Source: Mobula hypostoma (lineage: Eukaryota). From it: a stretch of DNA of 64,000 nt. The position numbers and the translations under genes are program-made. This document shows, in pieces, positions 52,101 to 64,000 of this stretch. The DNA is taken from the NCBI RefSeq assembly GCF_963921235.1, contig NC_086097.1, positions 39,558,001 to 39,622,000 on the forward strand, read 5' to 3'. Position 1 is the stretch's first letter. Every line of letters starts with the position of its first letter. Under the pieces are notes generated by a model. That model saw only the letters and a list, made by a program, of their open reading frames with translations. It ran no database searches and was not told the origin of the DNA.

Positions 52101-52690
52101 TTCTTTGCTCTATCATCTGCCTATCCTTCCTCATAAGCTCCCTACAAGCTGTCTCTACTTGTGCGCCAACCACCCCATCCTCTGCCTCTTCACTTCAGTT
52201 CCCACCCCACTGCAGATCTAGTTAAGCCCTTCCCAATAGCATTAGCAAACCTCTTTCCCAGGATGTTGGTTCCCCTCCAGTTAAGGTGCAACCCGTCCCA
52301 CTTATACAGGTCACCCCTTCCCCAGAAAAGGTTCCAGTGACCCAAGAACTTGAAACCCTGCCCCCTGCACCAGCTCCTCAGCCACTCATTCATCTGTACT
52401 ATCTTCCTGTTCTGACCTTCACTACTTCATGGCACTGAGAGTAATCTGGAGATGACCACCTTGGAGATCCTGCTCTTCAGCCCCCTTCCTAACTCCCCAA
52501 ACTTACTGCACAGGACCTCTACCCTTCTCTTGCCTATGCCATTGGTACCAACGTGTACCACGACCTCTGGCTGCTCACCCTCCCTTCAAGAATATTCTGC
52601 AACCACTCAGAGACATCCTGGACCCTAAGCCCCGGGAGGCAGCACACCATCCTGGTGTCTCTTTTGCTGCCGCAGAATCTCCTATCTGTC
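46112..52690 (-). mobile_element. Near full-length CR1 (ORF1 esterase-like part and ORF2) carrying two nested CR1 copies (about 48521-50380 and 50531-51740)
   Basis: Minus ORFs 52190-52393 (NEWLRSWC..GFKFLGHW..DGLHLN), 51967-52173 (YFNARSI..DIVAITETW), 47809-48165 and 46932-47486 ([22 protein letters not shown]). The nested copies start with ataagac tails and have their own RT ORFs (49222-49875, 50881-51432). Confidence 0.9.
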
Positions 52691-52719
52691 ATTTTCCTTC
52701 ATTTTAGTCACTCATTTTT

Positions 52720-54360
52720 CCCAGCTTCTGTCACGTCTTGAAATTTTGCTTTGGAACATTTTTTTCCATTGACTATTTTCAGTTCTTTCCAGGTGGTGAA
52801 ATGATCACAGCGTCTTCTCTGAACTTTACTGGTGAGTCAGTCATGTTAACTCAGCACACTCATAGTGAGTCACAGACAATTGTATGTGCACATAAAGCTG
52901 TTCTTGCATATAATTTAATCCCTCTGAGCCATATGGAAACATTGACTAATACCTTTATCTTTCTTATCAGAGTTCTTACTATTTCCAATTATGTTTGATC
53001 AAATTACCTTCTAACACCTCACTTTTGATTCTTTATTTATAAGTTTTCTGATTGTTCATAAGCACGAAATCTAGAAGAGGAGGACAGCTAGTCTTTCACT
53101 GCACCTGCTGTGAAGTTGGTATCAAAACCCAGTAGTAACACTGGTAGGAGGAAAGGGAATTATTAACGGTTGTATTATTCTCCACAATCAACATGGTTTC
53201 AACTTAGTATCTAAGCAGTTTCACATCAAACAGGCCTATGCTTAACCAAATAGATTTAGATGAGGCTATTTGGCCAGTTTCATGTATCTTTTTTTTCGAA
53301 CAATTCACTTGCCTATTCAATAATAACCAATATTCCTGCTATTGCTTATTTTTCATTAATATTTATCCCATATCCCTGTGAAGATTATTATTAAATCTCT
53401 ATCCATTACCTCATCAGGCAGTGCATTCTAAATTCTAACTATTCTGATCTGATTTAAGCACTTTAATTCTGTACAGTCTCATTATCAATCTGCAGCCATT
53501 CACAAAGCTTTTGCTTCAAGTAATCAGCACATGATTTAAACACCTCCATCCATCTTCCCTTAAGCCTTCAGCTAAGGAAACAGCTCTGGCTTTTTTTCTC
53601 CATCTGATCTTTTATTTTTTTTTGTCCCTGGAATGGTTTCTCAAAAGGGATGTCGAGCGTTCCATTACTGAGAGGTTGTTGGATATTCAATAGATTTTAT
53701 TCCACCGGTTTCATGTCAGATGTACTATCGATGAGTAATTTCCATTTTCTTTTTATTTGTTAGAATGTCACAAAGGGGATTTCTCCTCTCAGGCATATTA
53801 TGCAACAAGACTGATCTTTTCAAACAGTGTGTTTACCTTTTTGTTGGAATGAAATTTGTAATGAAAATTATTGGGAATCCTCCTGTATGAGATTGTCCAT
53901 TATGCCATTCTAATGAATCAAAAATAGAATTCACTCATCTGAAGAAAATCTGCCTTTGAAGCTGATGGAAATAAATTTGCTAAGTTTTCAGCAATCATTC
54001 AAGTGGCGAGGACTTGATGTTCATTTTGAGAAACTGTGTCAGAGACAATGAGGGCAATGAAACTATATGCTTTAAAACATTGCTCTTTTTGCAACACTTT
54101 CTATGAGCTTAAATCAAACACAAAATAACTTATTGTTTGGTTCCAGAAAGGTGGCTAGGGTCAAGAAGTATGTTATTGGCTGGGAGATGATTTGGGACAG
54201 CTCACGGTCATGGAAGGCTTTATGTGAATCTAAGTTGTTTCTGTTCTGCTGTTATGCAATGCATCCATCTATTTTGGATTTAGATCCCGAATGCACTTTT
54301 GCATCTTGCTTTATTGAAGTCTGTAATTTGGAGCTGGAAGGGAAGATTCTGGAAAGGAAT
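52720..54360 (+). pseudogene. Collagen relic blocks (52720-53282, 53625-54360)
   Basis: FFP GGE; AHK AVL AYN LIP; GCI ILH NQH GFN; 53846-53881 GMK FVM KII GNP; EAD GNK; GSR; GFM *I* VVS. Confidence 0.65.
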
Positions 54361-55450
54361 TTGATAAGGTTCCCAATGCAATGCTCCTTCAGAGAGTAAA
54401 GAGGCATAGGATCCAAGGAGACCTTGCTTTGTGGATCGAGAATTGGCTTGCCCACAGAAGGCAAAGGGTGGTTGTAGATGGTCCGTATTCTACATGGAGG
54501 TCAGTGACCATTGGTGTGCCTCAGAGATCTGTTCTGGGACCCCTCCACTTTGTGATTTTTATAAGTGACCTGGATGAAGAAGTAGAAGGGTGGGTTAGTA
54601 AGTTTGCTGATGTCACAAAGGTTGGCAGTGTTGTAGATTCTCTGGAGGGTTGTCAGAGGTTACAGCGGGACATCGATAGGATGCAGAACTGGGCTGAGAA
54701 GTCGTATATGGACTTCAACCCAGATAAGTGTGAAGCGGTTCAGTTTGGTAGGTCAAATTTGAAGACAGAATATAATATTAATGGTAAGACTCTTGGCAGT
54801 GTGGAGGATCAGTGGGATCTTGGGGTCCGTGTCTATAGAATACTCAAAGCTGCTGCGCAGATTAAGAAGGCGTATGTTGTGTTGGCAGGAACCGTGAGGT
54901 AATGTTACAGCTATATAAGACATTAGTCAGACTCCACTTGGAGCAGTGTTCAGTTCTGGTCACATCATTACAGGAAGGATGTAAATACTATAGAGGGAGT
55001 GCAGAGCAGATTTACAAAGATGTTGCCTGGATTGGAGGGTGTAATTTATGAGAATAGGTTGAGTGAACTTGGCGACGGAGGATGAGAGGTGACCTGATAG
55101 AGGTGCATAAGATGATGAGGGGCATTGATCGTGTTGTTAGCCAGGGTTGAAATGTCCTGGGGGGAGGGCATAGTTTTAAGGTGCTTGGTAATAGGTACCA
55201 AGAGAATGTCAGGGGTAGGTTTTTCACACAGAGAGTGGTGGGTGTGTGGTATGCACTGCTGGTGGCGGTGGTGGAAATGGATACAATAGGGTCTTTTAAG
55301 AGCCTCTTAGACAGGTACACGGAGCTTAGAAAAATAGAGCGCTTTGAGCTAGGGAAATTCTAGGCAGTTTCTAGAGTAGGTTGCATAGTCGGCACAACAT
55401 TGTGGGCTGACGGGCCTGTAAAGTGCTGTAAATTTCTATGTTCTATATTT
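54358..55450 (+). mobile_element. 5'-truncated CR1
   Basis: ORF 54381-54902 ([28 protein letters not shown]) and 55181-55363; ttctatgttctat tail. Confidence 0.92.
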
Positions 55451-55471
55451 ATGTTCATTGTTGGAATAGGT

Positions 55472-55473
<2 letters not shown>

Positions 55474-55528
<55 letters not shown>

Positions 55529-55540
55529 TGAGAGAGAGAG
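55474..55540. repeat. (GT)n(GA)n microsatellite
   Basis: Directly visible. Confidence 0.95.
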
Positions 55541-55814
55541 ATTTTAACTTTAGTCTAAGGTTACATGGGCAGTTGATATTTATATAGTGCAACTACAGAT
55601 GTGGATGGTCTGTATTTTTCCACTTACACACTGATTTACATCTGGACTGCTCATGCTGACTCTCGGAGGATATCAAGAAAGAAATAAAAAGTAATTGCCT
55701 GTGTCTCATTTCCCTATTAAAGCAGCTGCTATGTATAGCATTTCCCATCATGGCCGGATAACAATTTTATTCAGGAGCCAACAATATTAATGCTATTGCA
55801 GTCATTTATATATA

Positions 55815-57454
55815 TAGTGCCTATAAAAAGTATTTAGCCCCCTCAGGGGTTCTCATGTTTTATTGTTTTACAACATTGAATCACAGTGGATTTAATTTGG
55901 CATTTTTTCACACTGATCAACAGACAAAGACTCTTTTGTGTCAAAGAGAAAACAGATCTCTTCAAAGTGATCTAAATTATTTACAAATATAGAACACAAA
56001 ATAATTGATTGCATAAGTATTCACCCCCCCCCTTTAATATGACACACCAAATCATCACTGGTGCAGCCAATTGGTTTTAGAAGTCACATAATTAGATGGA
56101 GATTTGTTTTTGGAGACCTGTGTGCAGTCAAGGTGATTCAATTGATTGTAGTAAAAATACACCTGAATCCGGAGGGTCCAACTGCTGGTGAGTCAGAATC
56201 CTGGCAAAAACTACACCATGAAGACCAAAGAACACTCCAAGCAACTCTGCAAAAAGGTTATTGAAAAGCACGAGTCAGGGGATGGAGACAAGAAAACTTT
56301 CAAGTCACTGAATATCCCTTGCAGTACAGTTAAGTCAATCATCAACAAATGGAAAGAACATGACACAGCTGTAAATGTGCCTAGAGCAGGCTGTCCTCAA
56401 AAGTTGAGTGACTGTGCAAGAAGGGGACTAGTGATGGAGGCCCCTGAGAGACCTATGTCAACTCCGGAGGAGTTACAAGCTTCAGTGGCTGAGATGGGAG
56501 AGACTGCGCATACAACAACGGTTGCCTGGTTGCTTCACCAGTCGCAGTTTTATGGGAGAGTGGCAAAGAGAAAGCCACTGTTGGGAAAAAAAACTCATAT
56601 GAAATCTTTGCTAGAGTTTGCCAGAGGGGTAACTTCTGGGTGACTCTGAAGTCAGTCAGAACAAGGTTTTATGGTCTGATTAAACCAAAATGGAGCTTTT
56701 TGGCCATCAGACTAAACACTACGTTTTGTGTAAGCCAAACACTGCACAGCATCATAAATACACCATCCTACTGTGAAGCATGGTGGTGGCTGCATCATGC
56801 TGCAGGGATGCTTCACTGAGCAGCCCTGGAAGGCTTGTGAAGGTAGAGGGTAAAATGAATGCAGCAAAATACAGGGAAATCCTGGAGGAAAACATGATGC
56901 AGTGTGCAAGAGAACTGTGACTTGGGAGAAGACCAGCAAGACAATGACCCCAAGCATAAAGCTAAAGCTACACAGAAATGGCTTAAAAACAACAGAGTTA
57001 ATGTTCTGCGTGGCCATGTCAGAGTCCAGCCATTAATCCAGTTGAGAATTTGTGGCTGGGCTTGAAAAAGGCTGTTCACTCACAATTTCCATGCAATCTA
57101 ACACAGCTTAATCAGATTTGTAAAGAAGAATAGGGAAAAACTGCATTGTCCAGATGTGTAAAGCTGATAGAGACCTATCCACACAGACTCAAGGCTGTAA
57201 TTGCTGCCAAAGGTGCATCTACTAAATACTGACTTGAAGGGGTGAGTAATTATGTTAACAATTATTTTGTGTTTAATAATTGTAATAAATTTAGACCAGT
57301 TTGTAGAAATTTGTTTACACTTTGATACGTAAGAGTCTTCTCTGTTGATCTTTGTCAAAAGAGGCAAATTAAATCCACTGTGATTCAATGCTGTAAAACA
57401 ATAAAACATGAAAACTTCCAATGGGTGGGGGGTGAATACTTTTTATCGGCACTA
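55815..57454 (+). mobile_element. Full-length degraded Tc1 transposon of IR/DR type
   Basis: About 215-bp inverted repeats with outer and inner AAGTATTCACCCC-type repeats, inserted in a (TA)n run. Transposase relic 56218-57232 (MKTKEHSKQL..STVKSII.KWKE..GRVAKRKPLL..QQDNDPKH..VIAAKGASTKY*) with stops and frameshifts. Confidence 0.95.
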
Positions 57455-58059
57455 TATATAAAGTTATTAGTGAACTCTTATCCAAAATGATGTATGGTAA
57501 CAAAGTGTTAATTACCTGGACAAGAATCCAGAGGCAGGACCATTTATGTGTATACAAGTGTTTGAATCCAACTAGTCTGGAATTTTAAATCTGAAGTAAA
57601 TAATTGTGGCCATGAAACTGTTTTTCTTTATAAATCCCGCTAAATGCGTCATTATGAGTGATTTAAGAAATTACATGTATATTCTCCAGATTTTTGAAGA
57701 ATGAGGGGTAATCTTATTAATGCATATCAAATCCTCAGGGAGCTTGTCAAAGTAGATGTTGAGACATTTCCAGAAGTGTGAGAATCTTGTCTGAGGGTTA
57801 TAATTATAGGATTAGGGGATGAGTCATTTAAAACTGAGGTGCATTGGGACATCTTGCAAGGGATGGTAAATCTCTGAAACTGTGAAGGCTGGATTATTGG
57901 TTGCATTTAAAGGGGAAGTAGATACAGTTTTTAAAGATCAATGAATTAGGGGCTATGGGGATTGGGCACAGGGTTGGACAAATAAGTGCGAGGTACATCA
58001 GCCATTATCATATTGAATGTTGGGACAGGCTTGAAAGGTGGGTCTGTTATTTGTTCAAG

Positions 58060-59500
58060 TTGTGCCCATTCTAAATTTTGGATTCAGCTTCAATTTCCTG
58101 TCTTTACCCTTAATTCCATACTTTCCGATAATCTGTCTCGAATATATTTCAAAAGGCTCACAGCCCTCTGTACTTTTAAGCAGTTGACCCACTAATCCAG
58201 ATGCTATTTCCCTTGTGTCAGGAGTCTTCTACCAGGAGAGACTCCTCAAAGCAACTTCTTGCTGATGGTCTGCCAGATAATTTAGATTGAGATTAGTTAA
58301 AAGAAAAAGAGTTGACACAAGAAGAGATTTTTACACAGCGACACTGCAGTAATTTGGAGTGTACCAAAACAGCCACTGGGTGTAGTGCTAGTGAAGTCTA
58401 TGCAAGATGAATGAAAATAGTTTTTGAAGGTGCAACCTATAGGTCCAGAAAAAAGCTTTTTGTGTACAGATGTTATCCTTCCTACATGAATCATAGACCA
58501 CTCACAATAGGCACCTGAAAGCCTTGGATCAATACTGCCAACGATCCTTGTGAAAGATTTTGAGTATCATCATTAAAGGCAGACACACTAACACTGGTGT
58601 ACTGGAGGAGGCCAATGTGAATTGCATCTCCGCCATGATAAAGCAACACCAACTCCAAATGGCAGGTCATGTCATTGGATGCCTAGCTCACATCTCCCCA
58701 AACGAATCCTTTAGTCTCAGTTGAAGGAAGATCAATTGACCCCTGGTGGGCAAAGGAAACACTTCGAAGATAACATCGAAATCAGTTTGCTGAAATTCAA
58801 TACTCCATCTAAAAACTGGGAAGACATTGCACTTAGTAGATACACCTGGAGGAAATCTGCTCAAGAGGGACCTGTGCTACATGAGAACAACCTCTGCTGC
58901 ATTGCAGAGAACAAGTGGCAGCTGTGATGGCGACTGAGCAACCAAACGACCCAACCACTGAGCACAGTGGATACAACCACCACTTACTCCTGCCTGCACT
59001 GCATCAGATTGTGGATCCCGGATCAGCCTCTACAGCCGTGATTGTCAACGGGGGTGGTACCTCCCCCAAAGGGGTGGTCATGTGTCCTAATGGGAAATAG
59101 AAGTCTTGGGGTAGGCACTGGTAAGTGGCACCCTAACTTCTGGCTTGAGACCTAACCGACCACTTCCAAAAAAAAGGATGAGGCACTGGAACACAGGAAG
59201 AACCAAAGCTCTGCAGGCAGTGAGCACTTGCATCACAATGCATCTGAAATTCAGCAATCTCATCCGACCTTACCAACCAAACATGTTATTGGGGATGCCT
59301 AAGTAGGAAACCAGGGTGCCCAGCAGTTCCCCTTGACTCGCAGCATGGAACAAGTTCATGCAATTTGACAGTTGGTAAGTAAGTACACCCTATCCACAGA
59401 TCTACAGAAAACAGGTCGTGCAACAAAACAGCACTGCCTGGAACCAGACGGTGAAACAGTGAACCTGCTGATCCCAAGGATTCCTCTTGAGGTGTTCAAA
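58060..59500 (+). pseudogene. Last collagen relic blocks (58060-58490, 59045-59500)
   Basis: AD GLP DN; GCS ASE VYA; PK GVV M CPN GK*; GTQ EEP; 59306 GNQ GA. AVP; GTR . GET . EP ADP . GFL . GVQ. Confidence 0.75.
58490..59040 (+). mobile_element. RTE-clade (BovB-like) LINE 3' fragment
   Basis: TNTGVLEEA..QLQMAGHV..LPKRIL..GGQRKHFEDNIEISL..WEDIALSRYTWRK. Confidence 0.85.
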
Positions 59501-59504
59501 GCAA

Positions 59505-61222
59505 CCTCTACTTCATATGTGTGGTCAAGAAGATGAAAGAAACATTTGGAAAGCGTTGCACACTCAAGTCATTTGCCAAGAAAGCTAAAACTGACCATGA
59601 TAGTGGTCTCATTGCTTCTTATAACTTTCCCAAAATGATAGCAAAGTGTGGAAATTCTTATACAATTGGCGAAATATTAATAATGCCTGCTTTATCAGAA
59701 GTGCTCACCACTGTTCTCAAAATGGATACCAGTATTTTAAAATTAATTCCTCCGAGTAATAACTCTGTTAGCTCGTCGTATTGACGAAATGAGTGAAGTC
59801 ATTGAGTATCAAATATGCACAGAGCTACAAAAAACAGAATTTGGGATACAACCAGATGAGTCAACTGTGCAAGTCAATGAGCCATTGCTAATGGCATATG
59901 TACAGTTTTTCAAAAATAGAAAAGTATATGAAGAGATTCTCTTTTGTAAAAAGTTTAAAAACAAATATCAATGGAGAATCAATCTATGATGAGATCAAAA
60001 TGTATATTCAGGATAAAAGTATTCTGAATAGGTACATGATTTCTTGTGCAACAGATGGAGCATCATATATGACAGGTTGCCATGCTGCTTTAGTGGAATT
60101 TCTGAAAAAAAGAAATTCTAAGTCTGTCTGCAAGCCATTGTGTAATGCATCATCAACATCTCACAGCCAAAACCTCAGCCAGTGATCTTTTTCAAGCATG
60201 GCTCTTGTAATATCTGCCTTCAACAAAATTAAAGCTCATCCATTAAACAGCAGAATATTTCGTCAGATTTGCCAAGATAACAATGAAGAGTTTGATTGCT
60301 TGCTTCTTCAGACTGAAATGTGTTGGCTGTCAAAAGGCTGCTACTTAAAACACTTCTTTGATCTTTTTGACATTGTGGTTGAATTTTTGCTCAAAGTCAA
60401 CAAGAGCTTGGGAAACAAGAGTAAACTTGAACGAGGAGATGTAAACCTAGCCGATCTGCATGACAAAATGAACATTCTAAATATGCAGTGTCTACTTTTA
60501 TCAGAAAATTGGAAATGTATAAGCAAAGCATTGGGAGAAGAATGTTCTCACAGATTCCCTGCATGAAAAGTATGACACTCTCTTTCATAGATGGTGATTT
60601 GCAAGAGTACTGCTTACACCTGCAGTAACTGAATGACATTCAAGGATTTGAATGTTCTGGAAATTCCGGACTGGGTGATTAACCCATTTCTTTGCAAGGT
60701 GGAAGAACAGGAAGAGAGTTTGCAAGAAGAAGTTATCAAAATTCAGAATGGTGAAGAAGCAAATGTTCTTTTCAAAAGTTTTGGCTTTTGTGGTGTGTGG
60801 CGTACAAAGTTTCCTGGAGAATAACCAAACTGCTCTTCATTGCATTTCCATTCTCCTACCTTGTCAAGAGGCTTCAGTGCGGTGAACCACATACCCACAA
60901 AAAACAGAAACCATTTGGACATGGGGATTTGAAGCTTTTGCTGTCATAATATGAACCAGATATTTCAACTCTTGCTTAAAAACCATCAAGCTCAAGAGTC
61001 ACATTGATATTAAAGCTGCTGTACAGTGCACAGGGTACTGTGTTAGCTAGGTTTAAAGACAAACAAGACTTTAAAGCAGAAGCTTTTTTCTCATGTTGGC
61101 AGATGGTAGACATGTTTTTACACTATAGGGGTGTTGAGATGTATGTTGTGCCTAAGAGGGGCTTTGGCAAGTATGAAGGTGCTTTAGGGGGGTGTCAGGC
61201 TGAAAAGGTTGGGTAACCAGAT
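59505..61222 (+). mobile_element. Degraded hAT Buster/Charlie-type transposon
   Basis: Frameshifted ORFs 59521-60824: ASY..IAK.G.SYTIGE.LI.PA, IQPDEST, CATDGASYMTG, NKIKAHPLNSRIF, TEMCWLSKG, WVINPF. The 3' end gaaaaggttgggtaacca resembles a TIR. Confidence 0.9.
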
Positions 61223-64000
61223 GTGTTGAGCTGCAGCTCCTAAGGGACCGAGTTAGGGTACTGGAGTTGCAGCTCGATGACCTTCGTCTGGTCAGGGAGA
61301 GCGAGGAGGTGATAGAAAGGAGTTATAGGCATGTGGTCACACTGGGGCCACGGGAGACAGACAAGTGGGTCACAGTCAGGAGGGGGAAGGTCAGGTGCTA
61401 GAGAGTACCCCTGTGGCTGTTCCCCTTGACAATAAGTACTTCTATTTGAGTACTGTTGGGGGGGACAGCCTACCTGGGGGAAGTGACAGTGGCTGCACCT
61501 CTGGCACAGAGCCTAGCCCTGTGGCTCAGAAGGGTAGGAAAAGGAAGAGGATGGCAGCAGTGATAGGGGACTCTATAGTTAGGGGGTCAGACAGGCGATT
61601 CTGTGGACGCAGGAAAGAAACTCGGATCGTAGTTTGCCTCCCATTTCCAGGGTCCGGGATGTTTCAGATCGTGTCCAAGATATCCTGCAGTGGGAGGGAG
61701 AACAGCCAGAGGTCGTGGTGCATATTAGTACCAATGACATAGGTAGGAAAAGGGAAGAGGTCCTGAAAAAAGAGTACAGAGAGTTAGGAAGGAAGTTGAG
61801 AAGCAGGACTGCAAAGGTAGTAATCTCGGGATTACTGCCTGTGCCACGTGACAGTGAGAATAGGAATAGAATGAGGTGGAGAATAAATGCGTGGCTGAGG
61901 GATTAGAGCAGGGGGCAGGGTTTCATATCTCTGGATCACTGGGACCTCTTTTAGGGCAGGTGTGACCTGTGCGAAAAGGATGGGTTGCACTTGAATCCCA
62001 GGGGGACCAATATCCTGGCGGGGAGGTTTGCTAAGGCTACTAGGGAGAGTTTAAACTAGAATTGTTGGGGGGTGGGAACCGAACTGAAGAGACTGGGGAA
62101 GAGGAGGTTGGCTGACAAATAAAGAAAGCTTGTAGACAGTGTGAGAGGGAGGATAGGCAGGTGATACAGAAGGGACGTGCTCAGATGGACGGTTTGAGAT
62201 GTGTCTATTTTAACGCAAGCAGTGTTGTGAACAAAGCGGATGAGTTTAGAGCGTGGATCAGTAGAATCAGATTTATAGAATACTACAGCACAGAAACAGG
62301 CCATTCAGCCCATCTAGTCCATGCCAAACTATTAACTTGCTTAGTCCCATCGATCTGCACCTAGACCATAGCTCTCCATACCCCTTCCAACCATGTACCT
62401 TTCCAAATTTTTCCTTAAATGTTGAAATCGAAACTGCAGGCACCATTCTGCTGGCAGCTCATTCCACACTCTCATCACCCTCTGAGTGAAGAGTTCCCCT
62501 TAAACATTTCACCTTTCACCCTAAACACACGATTTCTAGTTCAAGTTTCACCCAACCTTAGTGGGATTAAAAAAAAAACGTTTACACTTACCCTATCTAT
62601 ACCCCTTACAATTTTTTCCTACCTACATATCTCCCTTATCCCCGAACCTGATTATCCTGGCCTGTTATTCCGATGGGAACATACAAGTTTTGTACTCTCA
62701 AAATTTCACTTTTGAAGGCTTCCCACTTACCAAGTACACCTTTGCCAGAAAACAACCTATCCCAATCCACACCTGTCAGATATTTTCTGATGCTATCAAA
62801 ATTGCCATTTCTCCAATTTAGAATCTCAACCCCAATACCTTTCTCCACAATTATCTTGAAACTAATGGAATTATGATCACTAGATCCTGAATGTCCCCCT
62901 ACTCATGCTCTGTCACTTGCCTTGTCTCATTTCCTAATAGGAGATCTAGTATCACACTCTTTAGTTTGGAACTCTCTGTGTATTGATTAAGGAAAGTCTT
63001 TTGCACAAATTTGATAAACCCTTTCTTATCCAGACCTTTTACAACATCGGGATCCCAGTCAATATTTGGAAAGTTAAAATCAACTTGGAGTTATGATGTG
63101 GTGGCCATTACAGAGACTTGGATGGCTCAGAGACAGGAATGGTTACTTCAGTGCCGGGTTTTAGATGTTTCAGAAAAGACAAGGAGGGAGGCAAAAGAGG
63201 TGGGGGCATGGCACTGTTGATCAGAGATAGTGTCACGGCTGCAGAAAAGGTGGACGCCATGGAGGATTGTCTACGGAGTCTCTGTGGGTGGAGGTTAGGA
63301 ACAGGAAGGGGTCAATAACTTTACTGGGTGTTTTTTATAGGCCACCCAATAGCAACAGGGATATCGAGGAGCAGATAGGGAAACGGATCCTGGAAAGGTG
63401 TAATAATAAAAGAGTTGTCGTGATGGGAGATTTTAATTTACAAATATCGATTGGCATGTCCCTAGAGCAGGGGGTTTAGATGGAGTGGAGTTTGTTAGGT
63501 GTGTTCAGGAAGGTTTCTTGACACAATATGTAGATAAGCCTACAAGAGGAGAGGCTGTACTTGATTTGGTATTGGGAAATGAACCTGTTCAGGTGTCAGA
63601 TCTCTCAGCAGGAGAGCATTTTGGAGATAGTGATCATAATTCTATCTCCTATACAATAGCATTGGAGAGAGATAGGAACAGACACGTTAGAAAAGTGTTT
63701 AATTGGATTAAGGGGAGTTGTGAGGCTATCAGGCAGGAAACTGGAAGCTTAAATTGGAAACAGATGTTCTCAGGGAAAAGTACAGAAGAAATGTGGCAAA
63801 TGTTCAGGGGATATTTGTGTGGAGTTCTGCATAGGTACGTTCCAATGAGACAGGGAAGTTATGGTAGGGAACAGGAACCGTGGTGTACAAAGGCTGTAAT
63901 AAATCTAGTCAAGAAGAAGAGAAAAGCTTACAAAAGGTTCAGTGAGCTAGGTAATGTTAGAGATCTAGAAGATTATAAGGCTAACAGGAAGGAGCTTAAG
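61222..64000 (+). mobile_element. CR1 (ORF1 esterase-like region and ORF2 start) interrupted at about 62262-63078 by minus-strand CR1 pieces
   Basis: VIGDSIVRG..VVVHISTNDIGRK..VVISGLLPVP..INAWL; YFNASSV.NK.DE.RAWIS, resuming at TWSYDVVAITETW; YRPPN, GDFN, SDHN. Confidence 0.92.

Larger units (their letters stand above)
1467..59500 (+). pseudogene. Fragmented, heavily decayed collagen (Gly-X-Y) pseudogene or tandem collagen array occupying most non-TE sequence
   Basis: About 50 blocks between TEs show 9-nt periodicity on + with GGN or near-GGN codons at every third position and collagen-like X-Y pairs. Many stops and indels. Some intact splice sites. No terminal domain recognised. See the block features below. 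Confidence 0.8.

Noticed and set aside
1..64000. Prokaryotic-type systems (CRISPR arrays, operons, rRNA or true tRNA genes) and the remaining short ORFs as real genes
   Set aside because: No spaced repeat arrays or RNA genes are seen. tRNA-like boxes belong to SINEs, and the listed ORFs are TE fragments, their antisense frames, pieces of the collagen relic or chance ORFs.

Overview
Vertebrate genomic DNA, most likely a cartilaginous fish (inferred from the repeat landscape: CR1 LINEs dominate, with Rex1/Babar, RTE, Penelope, tRNA- and Deu-type SINEs, solo LTRs, Tc1 and hAT relics). I see no intact protein-coding gene, and roughly two thirds of the window is transposon-derived. The main observation is that most of the non-transposon sequence from about 1.5 kb to 59.5 kb carries a decayed 9-nt (Gly-X-Y) periodicity on the + strand. 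Every third codon is GGN or close to it, with collagen-typical X-Y pairs (GLP, GEK, GPK, GKP, GFK, GMK, GER). Summed by hand, the blocks give about 16 kb, or over 5,000 codons, of fossil triple-helix coding sequence. It is full of stops and frameshifts and split by transposon insertions, and no N- or C-terminal domain is recognisable in the window. This looks like the relic of a very long collagen gene, or a tandem collagen array. Boundaries and totals are by-eye estimates and need computational confirmation.
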